Of a DNA stretch of 64,000 nucleotides, positions 49,528 through 60,015 are shown piece by piece. This DNA comes from Candidatus Hydrogenedentota bacterium. Lineage in GTDB: Bacteria > Hydrogenedentota > Hydrogenedentia > Hydrogenedentales > SLHB01. The translations under genes and the position numbers were made by a program. Position 1 is the stretch's first letter, and each line of letters starts with the position of its first letter. The notes below the pieces were generated by a model, which was given only the letters and a program-made list of their open reading frames with translations, was not told the origin of the DNA and did not search any database. The stretch covers positions 38,120 to 102,119 of the forward strand of contig BTVY01000025.1 in assembly GCA_045863335.1 (NCBI GenBank). Reading direction: 5' to 3'.

Positions 49528-49605
49528 GACTCTCCCTCTCGTCCGCCGCCGGTTCGGCAACGTTCTTGTGCTCGCACGAGCACTCGAACCAATAACCACA
49601 TCGCC

Positions 49606-49680
49606 TGTAGCGCCCGGCTTCCACGCCGGGTGTCTTGGCCTTAGCTCCGAGTCCGCCCGGCGTGGAAGCCGGGCGCTACA
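49606..49680. repeat. GTAG-type REP doublet, perfect 25-bp inverted repeat
   Basis: TGTAGCGCCCGGCTTCCACGCCGGG / CCCGGCGTGGAAGCCGGGCGCTACA. Confidence 0.9.
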
Positions 49681-49688
49681 TAGATTCT

Positions 49689-52601
49689 CTACGATATGCT
49701 CTTGCCGTTGAATACCAACGTCAACCCATCAAGCGCGTCATTGCGCTCGAAGCGCAACGTTGTCCCTTCGGGACCCGTGGTGGTGATGTCCAGCGTTTTG
49801 CCTTCCAACTTCCACGAAACCTCGACCGGCCCGTTAATCGTCGCGCTCGCGCCTTTCGCCCAGGACAATCCGCTGGGACGCGGGCTGATGACGACGTCTT
49901 TCCCGCCGATGCCCTGCGGCTGAATCCCGAGGACGATCCGGTTCAGGAAGTAAATCGGCGCTGAGGACCACGCATGCGTGTGGCTGCGCGTCGGGAAACC
50001 TTCGCTGCCGGTCGTGCCGGTCGGGAAACTCTCCCACACGGTCGTCGCCGCGGCGTCGAGCATGGGAAAGTAGTTCTCGCGGATGTCGTCGATGATCTGT
50101 TGCTGGTACCCCGCTTTTTCCAGGGCTTCGTACAGGAACATGCAGGCGAACGGCGTTCCCACGCGGACCATGCCGTCAGGCGTCGCCGTCAGGTTCTGGA
50201 TCACTTTGTCGCGATTCTCTTCTTCGACAATATCGAAGAGGTACGACAAAAAGCTCGTGTGCACGGATACCGACGGGCTGATCGTCCCGTCTTCATGCAC
50301 GCTATCCGGATACGCGCCCAGATCGGGGTCCCACAGTTCGTTGATGGCCTTAATTACGCGATCGCGATAAGGAACCAGCCACTCCGGCGATTCGGTATCG
50401 CCGACGACTTCCGCGCCCTTCAACACCGCGTCGATGGCGCCCACCAGCAAGAGACTGTTGTGCAGGACGGTTTCGTGGTTCATGTCGAGATTGGTCCAGT
50501 CGAAGAAGTTCCAGAATCGCCCACTGAAGAGCCCGCGTTCGTCTTCGTACTGTTGCGCGTTCCTGAGATTCTGAATCATGGACGGCCACATCTCGCGCAG
50601 GAACGTCTCGTCACCCGAGTATTCGTAGTACTCCCACACGCTCATTTCCCACATGAAACTGAAGGCCGGGATCAACACGCCCCACGACGACGGCGTCTGA
50701 CACAACGCAATGGGATACCGCCTCACCGACTCGCCGGTAAGGCGCAGACAGCGGCGCGTGATATCGGTTGCGTTGAAGGCTGTCAAGCCAAAGAGGGCCT
50801 CGTTGCGCGCGTCGCCCACCCACAATGTCTGCTCGTACAAGGGACAGTCCGTGTACGTGTCTTCCATGCAAAGTTTCAGAGTACGCGCCGAAATCTCCCA
50901 CACCTGGTCGAGTTTCGGATCGCTGCACGCAAAATTCCCGATGCGCTGAATGGGGTACGTCGATTCCACCAGCCCCACGTGATAGAGACTGACCGGGCGC
51001 GTCTGATTGCGTAACGTGATGAAGACGAAGCGCCCGGACCGGCGATCGATCGACATGAAGCGGTTGCGCCCCTCTTTGCAGATGTAACGCGTGCTGTTCC
51101 GGTACGTCCCGGTATGCTGAACCCGCCCGTCCGGCGCGATGTATTCGACCGCCGAAATATCAACGATCAATCCGGCTTCAGCGTCTAGGTCGAGCGTGAA
51201 ATACCCCACGTTCTGTTCACCGAGATCGTAGACCAGTTCCACGTCGCCATCGGCGCTTGGCGAGACCACAGTTGCCTTGTCGTCCGCTCGGATCAGCGCG
51301 TTGGGCACTTCAACCAAACCCGCCGCATCCGAAAGCACTACGCGCTCCTTGAACTGGGCGTGTACGTCGTCCATCACGTGGTCCGCGGTCGACAAGGGGA
51401 TGATGGCGTCGTTGAACTCGGCCTTGAACGAACCCGCATCGCGGACCTTTTCTAGATGCCCATCGATCGTGCTCCGGATCGTGTTCTCCACCTCGGCTCG
51501 GGCCGACGCCTCCATCAAATCGAATTCGTAATCGGAGCTGATGTATTTGGCGTCCTCAAAGGGCACCCAGCACCACGGATTCGTATCGTCGCCATTCAGT
51601 GGATTGCGCAGCGTGTAACCCGAGATTTCGTGGAATCGCAACTCCGTGTCCTTCTCCCAATGGCCGAAGAAACTGCTGACCGCGGCGAACAGGAAATGTT
51701 CGCCCGCGCTCAGTTCAAAGGCCCCGTCTTTGCCGCGTTTGCCGTCGATGGTCGTCGTGCTGCCGGGGTCGTCGATGTGCAGGGTCATTGCCTCGGGCAG
51801 ATCGATGATCGTCGCCACGGCGCTGGCCATGGAGACTTTTCCGTTGGCCTCGATCAAACCGGGGTATAACAGACGCGCGGTCGGGAAGGCATAGCAGCGC
51901 CAATCGCGGCTGACCACGTTGGCCTCCCGGAACGCGACGAAGGGAAAGGGGATGCGGCTCAGCAAGGCCACGTCGCGCGGAATGAGACTCTTCCAGGGTC
52001 CGCCTTCCGCGTCGTAGAGCACGGCGGCCGGTGCGAAACTCGCATCGCCTTCCAACCGCGCGTCGTAGATTTCGAAAGGCCCCATCTGGATGCAGCGCTT
52101 CACCGTATTCGAAATCCACGCGGACGCCGCCGCGACTTCCCAGGTCTCGTCAGTGCCAACGCGGATCGAATTTCCGTCGGCAGATGTCACGTCCAATTGG
52201 GCGAGCAGTCCCGCCTGTTGCGGAATTTGATGAAAGGTGCCCACGCCGAAGTATTTCGCAACGATGCGGATTTCGTTTTCGCCGGCTTTGAGAAAAGACG
52301 CCACGTCGATCGCGTCGTACTGATAGTGCTCCGGCCAGCTTCGGCAGGGACCGTCGTTCACCCAGGCGCCGTTAATGAAGACGCGGTACCGCGTGTCCGC
52401 GGTGATCGCCAATCGCGCTGCCTTGAACTCCGGCAGCGTAAACGTCTTCCGCGCGACGACGGTGTCGTTGTAGTTCGTGTACGAATCCTGTTTGCGCCAG
52501 ATCCATTTTGCCGTCAGCGGCGATTGCGCGACCGCGGCGGAGGTGAGACAAAGTGCGACGGCGCCCGCCGCCAGAGACAAACCGAAAGTAGACTGAACCA
52601 T
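49689..52601 (-). CDS. GH78 alpha-L-rhamnosidase-like secreted hydrolase
   Basis: AKWIW, TDCPLYEQTLWVGD, ATTVWE, SHTHAWS. Confidence 0.9.
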   Translation of the reverse strand: MVQSTFGLSLAAGAVALCLTSAAVAQSPLTAKWIWRKQDSYTNYNDTVVARKTFTLPEFKAARLAITADTRYRVFINGAWVNDGPCRSWPEHYQYDAIDVASFLKAGENEIRIVAKYFGVGTFHQIPQQAGLLAQLDVTSADGNSIRVGTDETWEVAAASAWISNTVKRCIQMGPFEIYDARLEGDASFAPAAVLYDAEGGPWKSLIPRDVALLSRIPFPFVAFREANVVSRDWRCYAFPTARLLYPGLIEANGKVSMASAVATIIDLPEAMTLHIDDPGSTTTIDGKRGKDGAFELSAGEHFLFAAVSSFFGHWEKDTELRFHEISGYTLRNPLNGDDTNPWCWVPFEDAKYISSDYEFDLMEASARAEVENTIRSTIDGHLEKVRDAGSFKAEFNDAIIPLSTADHVMDDVHAQFKERVVLSDAAGLVEVPNALIRADDKATVVSPSADGDVELVYDLGEQNVGYFTLDLDAEAGLIVDISAVEYIAPDGRVQHTGTYRNSTRYICKEGRNRFMSIDRRSGRFVFITLRNQTRPVSLYHVGLVESTYPIQRIGNFACSDPKLDQVWEISARTLKLCMEDTYTDCPLYEQTLWVGDARNEALFGLTAFNATDITRRCLRLTGESVRRYPIALCQTPSSWGVLIPAFSFMWEMSVWEYYEYSGDETFLREMWPSMIQNLRNAQQYEDERGLFSGRFWNFFDWTNLDMNHETVLHNSLLLVGAIDAVLKGAEVVGDTESPEWLVPYRDRVIKAINELWDPDLGAYPDSVHEDGTISPSVSVHTSFLSYLFDIVEEENRDKVIQNLTATPDGMVRVGTPFACMFLYEALEKAGYQQQIIDDIRENYFPMLDAAATTVWESFPTGTTGSEGFPTRSHTHAWSSAPIYFLNRIVLGIQPQGIGGKDVVISPRPSGLSWAKGASATINGPVEVSWKLEGKTLDITTTGPEGTTLRFERNDALDGLTLVFNGKSIS

Positions 52602-52697
52602 ACTGAGAATTCCTTGTTGCGAATGGTAAAGATGCTCCCCGCACCATTATCGCAGGAATTACAGCGGGAGATACAACGAAAACGGATCGGTCTGAAA

Positions 52698-53927
52698 TCA
52701 GACACTCCCTTCGAGGTCCCAGAACCGCACCTCGAATCCTTCTTTGGTCAACCGGTCGCGCAGCTCGTGAATATGATTCGCGTCGCGCGTCTCCACCACA
52801 CAACGGACCACGACGCTGTTCACGTCTTCCCCGGCGAAGGCGCGGTCGTGGGCGATGTCTTTTACCGAGGCTCCAGCATCCGCGATAAGCGCGGTGAACC
52901 GAGACAGGCTCCCTGGCCGATCGCTGATCGTGGCTTCAAAACGGCAAAGCCTTCCATCGGCGGCAAGCCCGCGCTCGATGATCCGGCCGAGCAAGCTCGT
53001 ATCGATGTTGCCGCCCGTCAACGGCAACACCACCTTCTTACCCTTCAACGCAGGCAGTTGGCCGGACATGAGCGCCGCGAGTCCCACCGCGCCCGCGCCT
53101 TCCACGACGCTCTTTTCCAGTTCAACCAATCGCAGCACTGCCCGTGCCACCGAGCGCTCGTCAACAGTAACGATTTTGTCCACGTTCTGCCGGGCAATCG
53201 CAAAGGCATTGGCGCCCGCGCGCCGCACGGCGAGACCGTCCGCAAGCGAGGGCCGCACCTCCACATCGACCGGTTTACCCGCTTTCCACGCGGCCGAGAA
53301 ACACGGCGCGTGATCGCTCTCTACGCCAATCACACACACGTCGGGACGCAACGTCTTCACCGCCAACGCAACCCCGGCGATCAATCCCCCGCCGCCAACC
53401 GGCACGAGAACCGCGTCGAGGTCGGGCACTTGCTCGACGATTTCGAGTCCGAGCGTGCCTTGTCCCGCGATGATGGCGTCATCGTTGTAGCCGTTGATAT
53501 AGGTGAGACCTTGTTCCGTTTCGAGCCGCGCTGCAAGTTCGCGAGCCTCATCGAAGGCTTCGCCATGAAGCACAACCTTCGCCCCAAGCGCCTCGCAGTT
53601 GATCACCTTCGTCAGCGGCGCAAACTTTGGCATCACCACGGTCACGGGGATCTTGAGCAAGGACGCGTGGTACGCGAGCCCCAAGGCGTGGTTCCCCGCC
53701 GACGCCGCGATAACGCCGCGCTCCCGCCGCTCCGGGTCCAGCACGGTAAGCGCATTGCGCGCGCCGCGCTCCTTAAAGCTCCCGGTGCGTTGGAGGTACT
53801 CGAGTTTGCAGTAGATGTCGCACCCGGCCACCATCGATAGGGGCACGGAGGGCGGGCACGGGCTGTTGTAAATGAATCGGCGCACCCGCTCGGACGCATC
53901 CAGGATGTGCTGGTAGGTTACCGGCAA
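52698..53927 (-). CDS. ilvA: Threonine ammonia-lyase (short form with ACT domain)
   Basis: TGSFKERGA, ASAGNHA, PVGGGGL, GGNID, DRPG. Confidence 0.92.
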   Translation of the reverse strand: MPVTYQHILDASERVRRFIYNSPCPPSVPLSMVAGCDIYCKLEYLQRTGSFKERGARNALTVLDPERRERGVIAASAGNHALGLAYHASLLKIPVTVVMPKFAPLTKVINCEALGAKVVLHGEAFDEARELAARLETEQGLTYINGYNDDAIIAGQGTLGLEIVEQVPDLDAVLVPVGGGGLIAGVALAVKTLRPDVCVIGVESDHAPCFSAAWKAGKPVDVEVRPSLADGLAVRRAGANAFAIARQNVDKIVTVDERSVARAVLRLVELEKSVVEGAGAVGLAALMSGQLPALKGKKVVLPLTGGNIDTSLLGRIIERGLAADGRLCRFEATISDRPGSLSRFTALIADAGASVKDIAHDRAFAGEDVNSVVVRCVVETRDANHIHELRDRLTKEGFEVRFWDLEGSV

Positions 53928-54073
53928 AATCGAATCTCCTCAAAAGTTGGGCGCCAAGGTTTGGAACCTGCACTTTACCCCCTAATCCCGTCCGAATGCA
54001 TATCGTCTGCCCCCGGGCAGGCCGTTACAACGGCGTTTTCGTCTTTGGCGGCCGATCCGCTACAATGCGGGCC

Positions 54074-55426
54074 ATGCCGGTCGAAAAACCCCAAATTCTG
54101 ACGGTCAGTCAGCTCACTCGTCGCGTGAAGGATCTCCTCGAGACGGAGGTGAGCTACATCTGGGTGTCGGGGGAGATTTCGAACTGGCGCGTCTCCCCGG
54201 CGGGCCACGCGTATTTCACGCTCAAGGACAAGGACTGCCAGATCGACGCGGTCATGTTTCGCGGGAAACTGATGAAGCTAAAATTCGGGCCGGAGAACGG
54301 CCTGGAAATCGTCGCGTTCGGGTTGATCACGGTCTACGAGCGGCGGGGCAACTACCAGATCATCTGCGACGAGATGCACCCGAAGGGCGTCGGCGCGCTG
54401 CAACTGGCCTTCGAGAAGCTCAAGAGGAAACTCGAAGAGGAGGGGCTGTTCGACGCGGAACACAAGAAACCGCTCCCTCTCCTGCCCCGGCGCATCGGGA
54501 TCGTGACGTCCCCGACGGGCGCCGCCATCCGCGATATTCTGAACGTCATCAAACGGCGCTTTGCCAACGTGCATATTCTCCTGCATCCCGCGCGCGTGCA
54601 GGGCGAGGAAGCCGCGGAAGAGATCATCGAAGGCATTCGCGCGCTGGAGGAACTGGGGGTCGACGTGATGATTGTGGGACGTGGCGGCGGTTCCCTCGAA
54701 GACCTCTGGCCCTTCAACGAAGAGATTGTGGTGCGGGCCATCTATGCGGCCAAGACGCCCATCATTTCCGCCGTAGGTCACGAAATCGATTTCACGCTGT
54801 CGGACTTCGTGGCGGACATGCGCGCGCCGACGCCTTCGGCCGCCGCGGAGCTGGTCGTCCAGGAGCAGGAAGCGCTCGTGGAAAGTGTCCGTCAGATGCG
54901 ACGACGGCTGGCCGCGGGTCTCTTGGGGCGCGTGGAACGCGTCCGCAACCGGCTGAGTATCGCGCGTTCCAGTTACGTGTTTCGCCGCCCGGAGGAACTG
55001 GTACGGCAGCGCAGGCAGCAGGTCGATGAACTGCGCATGCGCATGGAAAACCAGGTGCTTGACATGACGCGGGTATCGCGGCGGCGCGTAGATCACGCGG
55101 CGCGTTCGCTCGTATTGCTTTCGCCCAGGAACCGTGTCCGCCGCGCGCGCGACGAGTTCCGTGCGCTGTACCGCCGGCTCGGGCAGTCCGGCGCAGGCGT
55201 GGTGCATCGGTCCCGGAGCCAGTTGATGCCGCTGATCGCGCAACTGGACGCCCTCAGTCCCCTCGCGGTATTGTCTCGGGGCTACGCGCTGGTCCGCACG
55301 GTGCCGGACCGAAAGATCGTACGCGACGCGCGGCAACTGAACCAAGGCGACCACGTCGAGATTCGCTTAGGCAAAGGCAGTGCTACCGCTGCCGTGGAAC
55401 ACATCGAGGAGCCATCGGATGGCTGA
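54074..55426 (+). CDS. xseA: Exodeoxyribonuclease VII large subunit
   Basis: GEISN, GHAYF, TSPTGAAIRD, GRGGGSLEDLW, VGHEID, TPSAAAE. Confidence 0.97.
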   Translation: MPVEKPQILTVSQLTRRVKDLLETEVSYIWVSGEISNWRVSPAGHAYFTLKDKDCQIDAVMFRGKLMKLKFGPENGLEIVAFGLITVYERRGNYQIICDEMHPKGVGALQLAFEKLKRKLEEEGLFDAEHKKPLPLLPRRIGIVTSPTGAAIRDILNVIKRRFANVHILLHPARVQGEEAAEEIIEGIRALEELGVDVMIVGRGGGSLEDLWPFNEEIVVRAIYAAKTPIISAVGHEIDFTLSDFVADMRAPTPSAAAELVVQEQEALVESVRQMRRRLAAGLLGRVERVRNRLSIARSSYVFRRPEELVRQRRQQVDELRMRMENQVLDMTRVSRRRVDHAARSLVLLSPRNRVRRARDEFRALYRRLGQSGAGVVHRSRSQLMPLIAQLDALSPLAVLSRGYALVRTVPDRKIVRDARQLNQGDHVEIRLGKGSATAAVEHIEEPSDG

Positions 55427-55727
55427 ACCGAAGTTTGAGAAAGATCTGGAGAAGCTGGAAGAGATCGTGACCGCGCTGGAAGAGGGCGAACTTTCGCTCG
55501 ACGACGCCATGAAGCGGTTTGAGGAAGGGATCAAACTGGCCAAGCGTTGCGAAAAAGCCCTCTCCGACGCGGAGAAAAAGATCGAGATTCTCACGCGCAA
55601 CGCCGATGGTGACTTGGAGGCGCAGCCCTTTGAGGACGAAGGAGCCGGCGAAGACGCCCCGGCCAAGAAAAAGGCCGTGAAGAAGAATGAGGAAGGCGAG
55701 GAAGAGGACGACGAATTGTTGTTCTGA
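55419..55727 (+). CDS. xseB: Exodeoxyribonuclease VII small subunit
   Basis: FEKDLEKLEEIV..LEEGELSLDDA..FEEG; acidic tail. Confidence 0.95.
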   Translation: MAEPKFEKDLEKLEEIVTALEEGELSLDDAMKRFEEGIKLAKRCEKALSDAEKKIEILTRNADGDLEAQPFEDEGAGEDAPAKKKAVKKNEEGEEEDDELLF

Positions 55728-55829
55728 TCGCACAGTCCCGCCGGGAAACTCAGGCCGGGAGGTGTAAGTCTAACGTGTAGACGATTGCCACGTCCGACCT
55801 TCGATAAATTAACCCAGTTGGTAGTTTCC

Positions 55830-58688
55830 ATGCGAACCATCAAGATTCTGACAGGTATAGTACTCACCGCCAGCATAGTTGCCGTGGTCGCGCTGGTACT
55901 TCTAAGCGTTCCGGACGAAGAACCGGCATCCACTCCCGGCCAGACTGAAAGCCGCACGCAATCGCCGCCTTCTCAACGGCCCGGAGCCGATGACGAAGCG
56001 AACCTCGCCGCACCGTCGGAACCCAAAGCCACAGGCACCGAAACCGTGCGCGTCTACGGAACGGTAATCGATGCCAAGACGAGCGCACCGATTGCGGGCG
56101 CCGAAATCGCGACGCGCTTCGGCATGGATGATGTCTCCGCAGTCAGCGACGCGAACGGCGCGTTTACCTTGGAAGCCAACCCGGGGGACAACGCGCCCGT
56201 GGTATGCAAAGCCGAGGGGTACGCGACGGCCAGTGCGACCTACTCCGGCATCGAGGGCGACAGCGTCCGGCTCGATTTCCAGTTGCGGCCCGGCAGCAGC
56301 ATTGCGGGAACCGTAACCGACAAAGTGACGGGAGCACCCGTGCCAGGGGTCTCGGTGCGGCTTCTTGGATCGCAGGAGAACGTCTTCGATCTGCTTCGCC
56401 GGCGCGATGGAGAAGAGGAATCTCGCTCCGGCGCGACGAACGAAGATGGCGAATACGAGATCACGGGGATACCGCCTGCGTCGTACCGCATAACGGTTGA
56501 CACGCGTGATACGGCGTACCTCTTCAAGTCGGAGGACGCGCAGTCGCTGGAGGTGGCCGAGTCGTCGGATTACGAGGGACTCGATTTCGCGCTGACGCCG
56601 GGGGGAACCGTATCGGGGACAGTAACTACCGCGACCGGTGTGGCCGTCGGCGATGTGGCGGTCATGCTCATGCCCGTCCAGATGTTACAGGCGACCTTTC
56701 GCGGCCTCGACGCGCTTGACCCAGGTTCCTTTGAGCCCAAACGCGCGCGCACCAATGGGGACGGCGCCTACACGATTCGGGGCGTGGAATACGGTACCGA
56801 ACTGCGGGCCATCGCGCGTTCGGACGATTTCGCCACATCGCGCAGCGAGCCGTTTTCGCTTGATCGATCTGTACCAAGTATTCGCGTAGACCTGACCGTA
56901 ACAAGCGGCAGCACAATCGAAGGAGTCGCCCGCTACCCGGATGGGACCCCAGCGAGCGCGGTGCGCCTATTGCTCCTCCCCGCCTCCTCCGAGAACTGGC
57001 AAGGATTCATGGGACCGGGCGTGGGCACGACTGAAACCAACGGTCAGTTTCGCATCGAGCATGTGAACGCGGGTGCCTACCTTCTGCGGCCGGAACATGA
57101 ACTCGCCGCGCAGAACTTGCGCAAGACCTCAGAACCGCTCTCCGTCACAGTCGACGGACAGACCGACGTCAAAGGACTTGAGATCGTCGTCCAACCTGAC
57201 CCGGAGGAAATGGAAGGCGAAGGCATCATCGCTGGTGTCGTGTTAGATCCCTCCGGCTCACCGGCGGCGAATGTGCGCGTCGATGCGCGGCGGATCGACA
57301 ACCGTCGCGAAACCGCCGGTACAACCACCGGGGCCGATGGCCGCTTCGAACTCTCCAAGCTGCACGGCATGGCCTACGATGTCTCGGTCGATGACGCTAT
57401 CGGTATCGCGGAAGAATCCGCAGTGACGGTAGGCTCGGAAATCACGATTCAACTCGAGGCCCCCGCTTCCATCAGCGGGATCGTCGTTACGGCGTCGGGC
57501 GAGCCGGTCCCGGATGCGACCGTGCACTTAAAGGATCTCGCCGCGCAGGGTCCCGAACCGGATATTGGGGCGATCATGAGCGGCCTGTTTCGTCGCGGCG
57601 AGGGCGGGGAATCGACGGATGCCTATGGCCGATTCGAATTCACCAAGATCGCGCCCGGCAACTATGAGGTCGCGGCAAAAACCGCGTCGCAGGGCACAGC
57701 CAAGTCGGAACCGCTCTCGCTGTCGCCCGGAACGGACCTTACCAATCTTCAGCTCATTCTGGATCCGGGCGTGTCGTTCAGCGGGATCGTTTTGGGATCG
57801 GACGGCGCGCCGGTGCAGGGCGCGCACGTGCAACTCACTCCCAGCGGCGAGGACCCGACGGCCGACATGATGTCGCAGTTTCTGCCTGCGGCCATGCTGA
57901 ACCCCGTCGGCTCGACGACCTCGGATGCGAACGGCACATTCACCATCACCAACGTGCCCCCGGGCACCTATCAGTTGGTGGCATCCCATAGCGCGTATGC
58001 GAAAACCTCCATGCCTGATGTGCAGGTTGGGTCCGGCCGTCCGGTCACCGGGTTCCGCGTGACGCTCGGGAAGGGCGGCAAAGCGCAGGGCAAGTACACA
58101 GTGGACGGCAAACCCCAGGCGGGCGCCATGATCATGATTGTGGGTCCCGCGGGATTCGAAATGGTCCAGACGGACAGCCAGGGGCTTTTCGATGTAACCG
58201 GACTTTCCTCCGGTTCGTACATGATTGCGGCGATCGATCCGTCCGGCATCGCGACGGGGGGCCAGGGCGTGCAGTTCAATCCGCAGGTCGTCGATATCGT
58301 CGACGGTGAAGTCACCGGCGTGGAGTTGGGCGACGCCTCGGGCGTGCCGGTCACCGGCGCCGTTACCGGCATGGGCGACGGGTTGACGGTCGTTGCGCTG
58401 CGGCGTCCGGGCGGACCGTCGCTTCAAAATTTGGATTTGACCAATCTTGGCAACCTGTTCGATTCCATGCGCTACCTCGCGGGACAGGCGACTGTCGCGC
58501 CGGACGGCAGTTTCACGATCGACGGCGTGGAACCGGGCGAATATGTGCTGGAAGTTTACTCATTGGACATGGGTCAAGCCGGACCCAATCTCAATGCCCT
58601 GATGAACATGCCCCGCACGCCGATCTACCAGCAGAATGTTTCCATCGGAGACGAACCGCCGGTATTGAACATCCCCCTCGGCGGATAA
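55830..58688 (+). CDS. Membrane-anchored carboxypeptidase-regulatory-like repeat protein
   Basis: N-terminal TM; about 8 G.V....G.PV.GA.V / TD..G.F....PG.Y repeats. Confidence 0.85.
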   Translation: MRTIKILTGIVLTASIVAVVALVLLSVPDEEPASTPGQTESRTQSPPSQRPGADDEANLAAPSEPKATGTETVRVYGTVIDAKTSAPIAGAEIATRFGMDDVSAVSDANGAFTLEANPGDNAPVVCKAEGYATASATYSGIEGDSVRLDFQLRPGSSIAGTVTDKVTGAPVPGVSVRLLGSQENVFDLLRRRDGEEESRSGATNEDGEYEITGIPPASYRITVDTRDTAYLFKSEDAQSLEVAESSDYEGLDFALTPGGTVSGTVTTATGVAVGDVAVMLMPVQMLQATFRGLDALDPGSFEPKRARTNGDGAYTIRGVEYGTELRAIARSDDFATSRSEPFSLDRSVPSIRVDLTVTSGSTIEGVARYPDGTPASAVRLLLLPASSENWQGFMGPGVGTTETNGQFRIEHVNAGAYLLRPEHELAAQNLRKTSEPLSVTVDGQTDVKGLEIVVQPDPEEMEGEGIIAGVVLDPSGSPAANVRVDARRIDNRRETAGTTTGADGRFELSKLHGMAYDVSVDDAIGIAEESAVTVGSEITIQLEAPASISGIVVTASGEPVPDATVHLKDLAAQGPEPDIGAIMSGLFRRGEGGESTDAYGRFEFTKIAPGNYEVAAKTASQGTAKSEPLSLSPGTDLTNLQLILDPGVSFSGIVLGSDGAPVQGAHVQLTPSGEDPTADMMSQFLPAAMLNPVGSTTSDANGTFTITNVPPGTYQLVASHSAYAKTSMPDVQVGSGRPVTGFRVTLGKGGKAQGKYTVDGKPQAGAMIMIVGPAGFEMVQTDSQGLFDVTGLSSGSYMIAAIDPSGIATGGQGVQFNPQVVDIVDGEVTGVELGDASGVPVTGAVTGMGDGLTVVALRRPGGPSLQNLDLTNLGNLFDSMRYLAGQATVAPDGSFTIDGVEPGEYVLEVYSLDMGQAGPNLNALMNMPRTPIYQQNVSIGDEPPVLNIPLGG

Positions 58689-58695
58689 AAGACCG

Positions 58696-59057
58696 GGGGC
58701 AGTTACCTTTTCCTTCTCAGCCCCAGCACTTTTTCTCAACGAATCCTAAGAACAGGCCTCTGTAAGCCATTGTGTTTCAACCATGCCGATGACGTAGCTG
58801 GTGTTCTTCGCTATCGGGATCGGGATCGCTATCGGTATCGAAAAGAGAGTCCATTATGCTGTCAGAAGGGAAGACGACTTCATTCGGTGTTTCTCGATCC
58901 GAAACGTACAGTCGTTGCACCGTCGATTTCGATACCGATCCCGATAGCGATTTCGAGCACGAAAAAGACATGACGACATTGACTCGCAACTGTTCTTACA
59001 CAAACAACCACGCCTGCAGCGCGGTCCGCCGCTCAGAAGGAAAAAGGTGACTGTCCC
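58696..59057. repeat. Nested inverted-repeat (MITE-like) intergenic element with hexamer arrays
   Basis: Outer IR 58696-58717/59035-59057; inner IR TAAGAACAG/CTGTTCTTA; core ATCGnn arrays 58810-58843 and 58927-58956. Confidence 0.7.
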
Positions 59058-59072
59058 TTTCTGGAAATCTGT

Positions 59073-60002
59073 CTACTTCACTTTGTTGAACGACTCGATG
59101 AACCCCCATCGGCAGTACGCAAAGTGCCGGGCGGACGGCGCTTGCCGCTTGCGAAGGCGATTGAGCAATGCCGACAACCCGAAGGGAATCCGATCGGACC
59201 AGTACAACAACCGCGCGCGGATACGCCCACGGTGCTTGCGGTAGACGTAGTATTTGCTGCGGTAGGCGTGCAACAACACCGTGTCGCTGGGCTGCTTCAT
59301 CTCACCGGAACTCGCGCCGTGATGATGAATCACCGTCGCCTCGCCGCAGTAGCACACCTGCTTCCGCTTGCGCTTCGCGGGCAACAACACGTCCATCTCC
59401 TCTTCGTAGAGGAATACGTTCTCATCGAAGCCGCCGATGCTTTCCACGTAATCGCGCCGCATCATCATGCATGCGCCGGAAATGAGATGCACGCGACGTC
59501 CTGACACATGCTCGTCCTCACGAAGCCAGTCGTGCAACGACGTTAACAACCGCGGATACCGAACGTGCAGTCCCGCCGTGTTCCAGAAGTTGCGGAGGAC
59601 CGTCCGGTATCGCCGCAGGGAGGGATGGAAGCTCTGGTCGGGATGGACCAACCGCGGCCCGACGGCGACGCAATCGGGATGCTGATCCAGGAAGCTCGCA
59701 AGCGTGTCGACGGCGCCGGCGGTAAGCTCGGCGTCGGAATTCAGAAACAATACGTACGGCGCGTCGCCCGCGGCCATGCCCCGATTGTTGGCCGGCCCGA
59801 AACCGAGATTGCGATCCAACTCGATCAGGTGCGCCCGCGGAGCCACTCGCCTGACCATGTCCGCCGAGCCGTCGGTGCTGGCGTTGTCGACGACGATGGT
59901 GCGGATTCGCTTGAAGTTCCTGCAGGTCGCGGCGATGGAGCGCAGGCAGGTCGCGAGGATGTCCCGCGTGTTGTAACTGACGACGACGATATCGACGTTC
60001 AT
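59073..60002 (-). CDS. Glycosyltransferase family 2
   Basis: IVVVSYNT, VVDNASTDGS, FLNSD, GGFDENVFLYEEE. Confidence 0.92.
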   Translation of the reverse strand: MNVDIVVVSYNTRDILATCLRSIAATCRNFKRIRTIVVDNASTDGSADMVRRVAPRAHLIELDRNLGFGPANNRGMAAGDAPYVLFLNSDAELTAGAVDTLASFLDQHPDCVAVGPRLVHPDQSFHPSLRRYRTVLRNFWNTAGLHVRYPRLLTSLHDWLREDEHVSGRRVHLISGACMMMRRDYVESIGGFDENVFLYEEEMDVLLPAKRKRKQVCYCGEATVIHHHGASSGEMKQPSDTVLLHAYRSKYYVYRKHRGRIRARLLYWSDRIPFGLSALLNRLRKRQAPSARHFAYCRWGFIESFNKVK

Positions 60003-60015
60003 GGGATCTGGCGCA

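Noticed and set aside
58770-59050. Short ORFs with RYRDRDRYRYR / DTDPDSD sequences (also 63657-63863 and 15789-16121)
   Set aside because: They are translations of the hexamer or decamer arrays, with no RBS or domain evidence.
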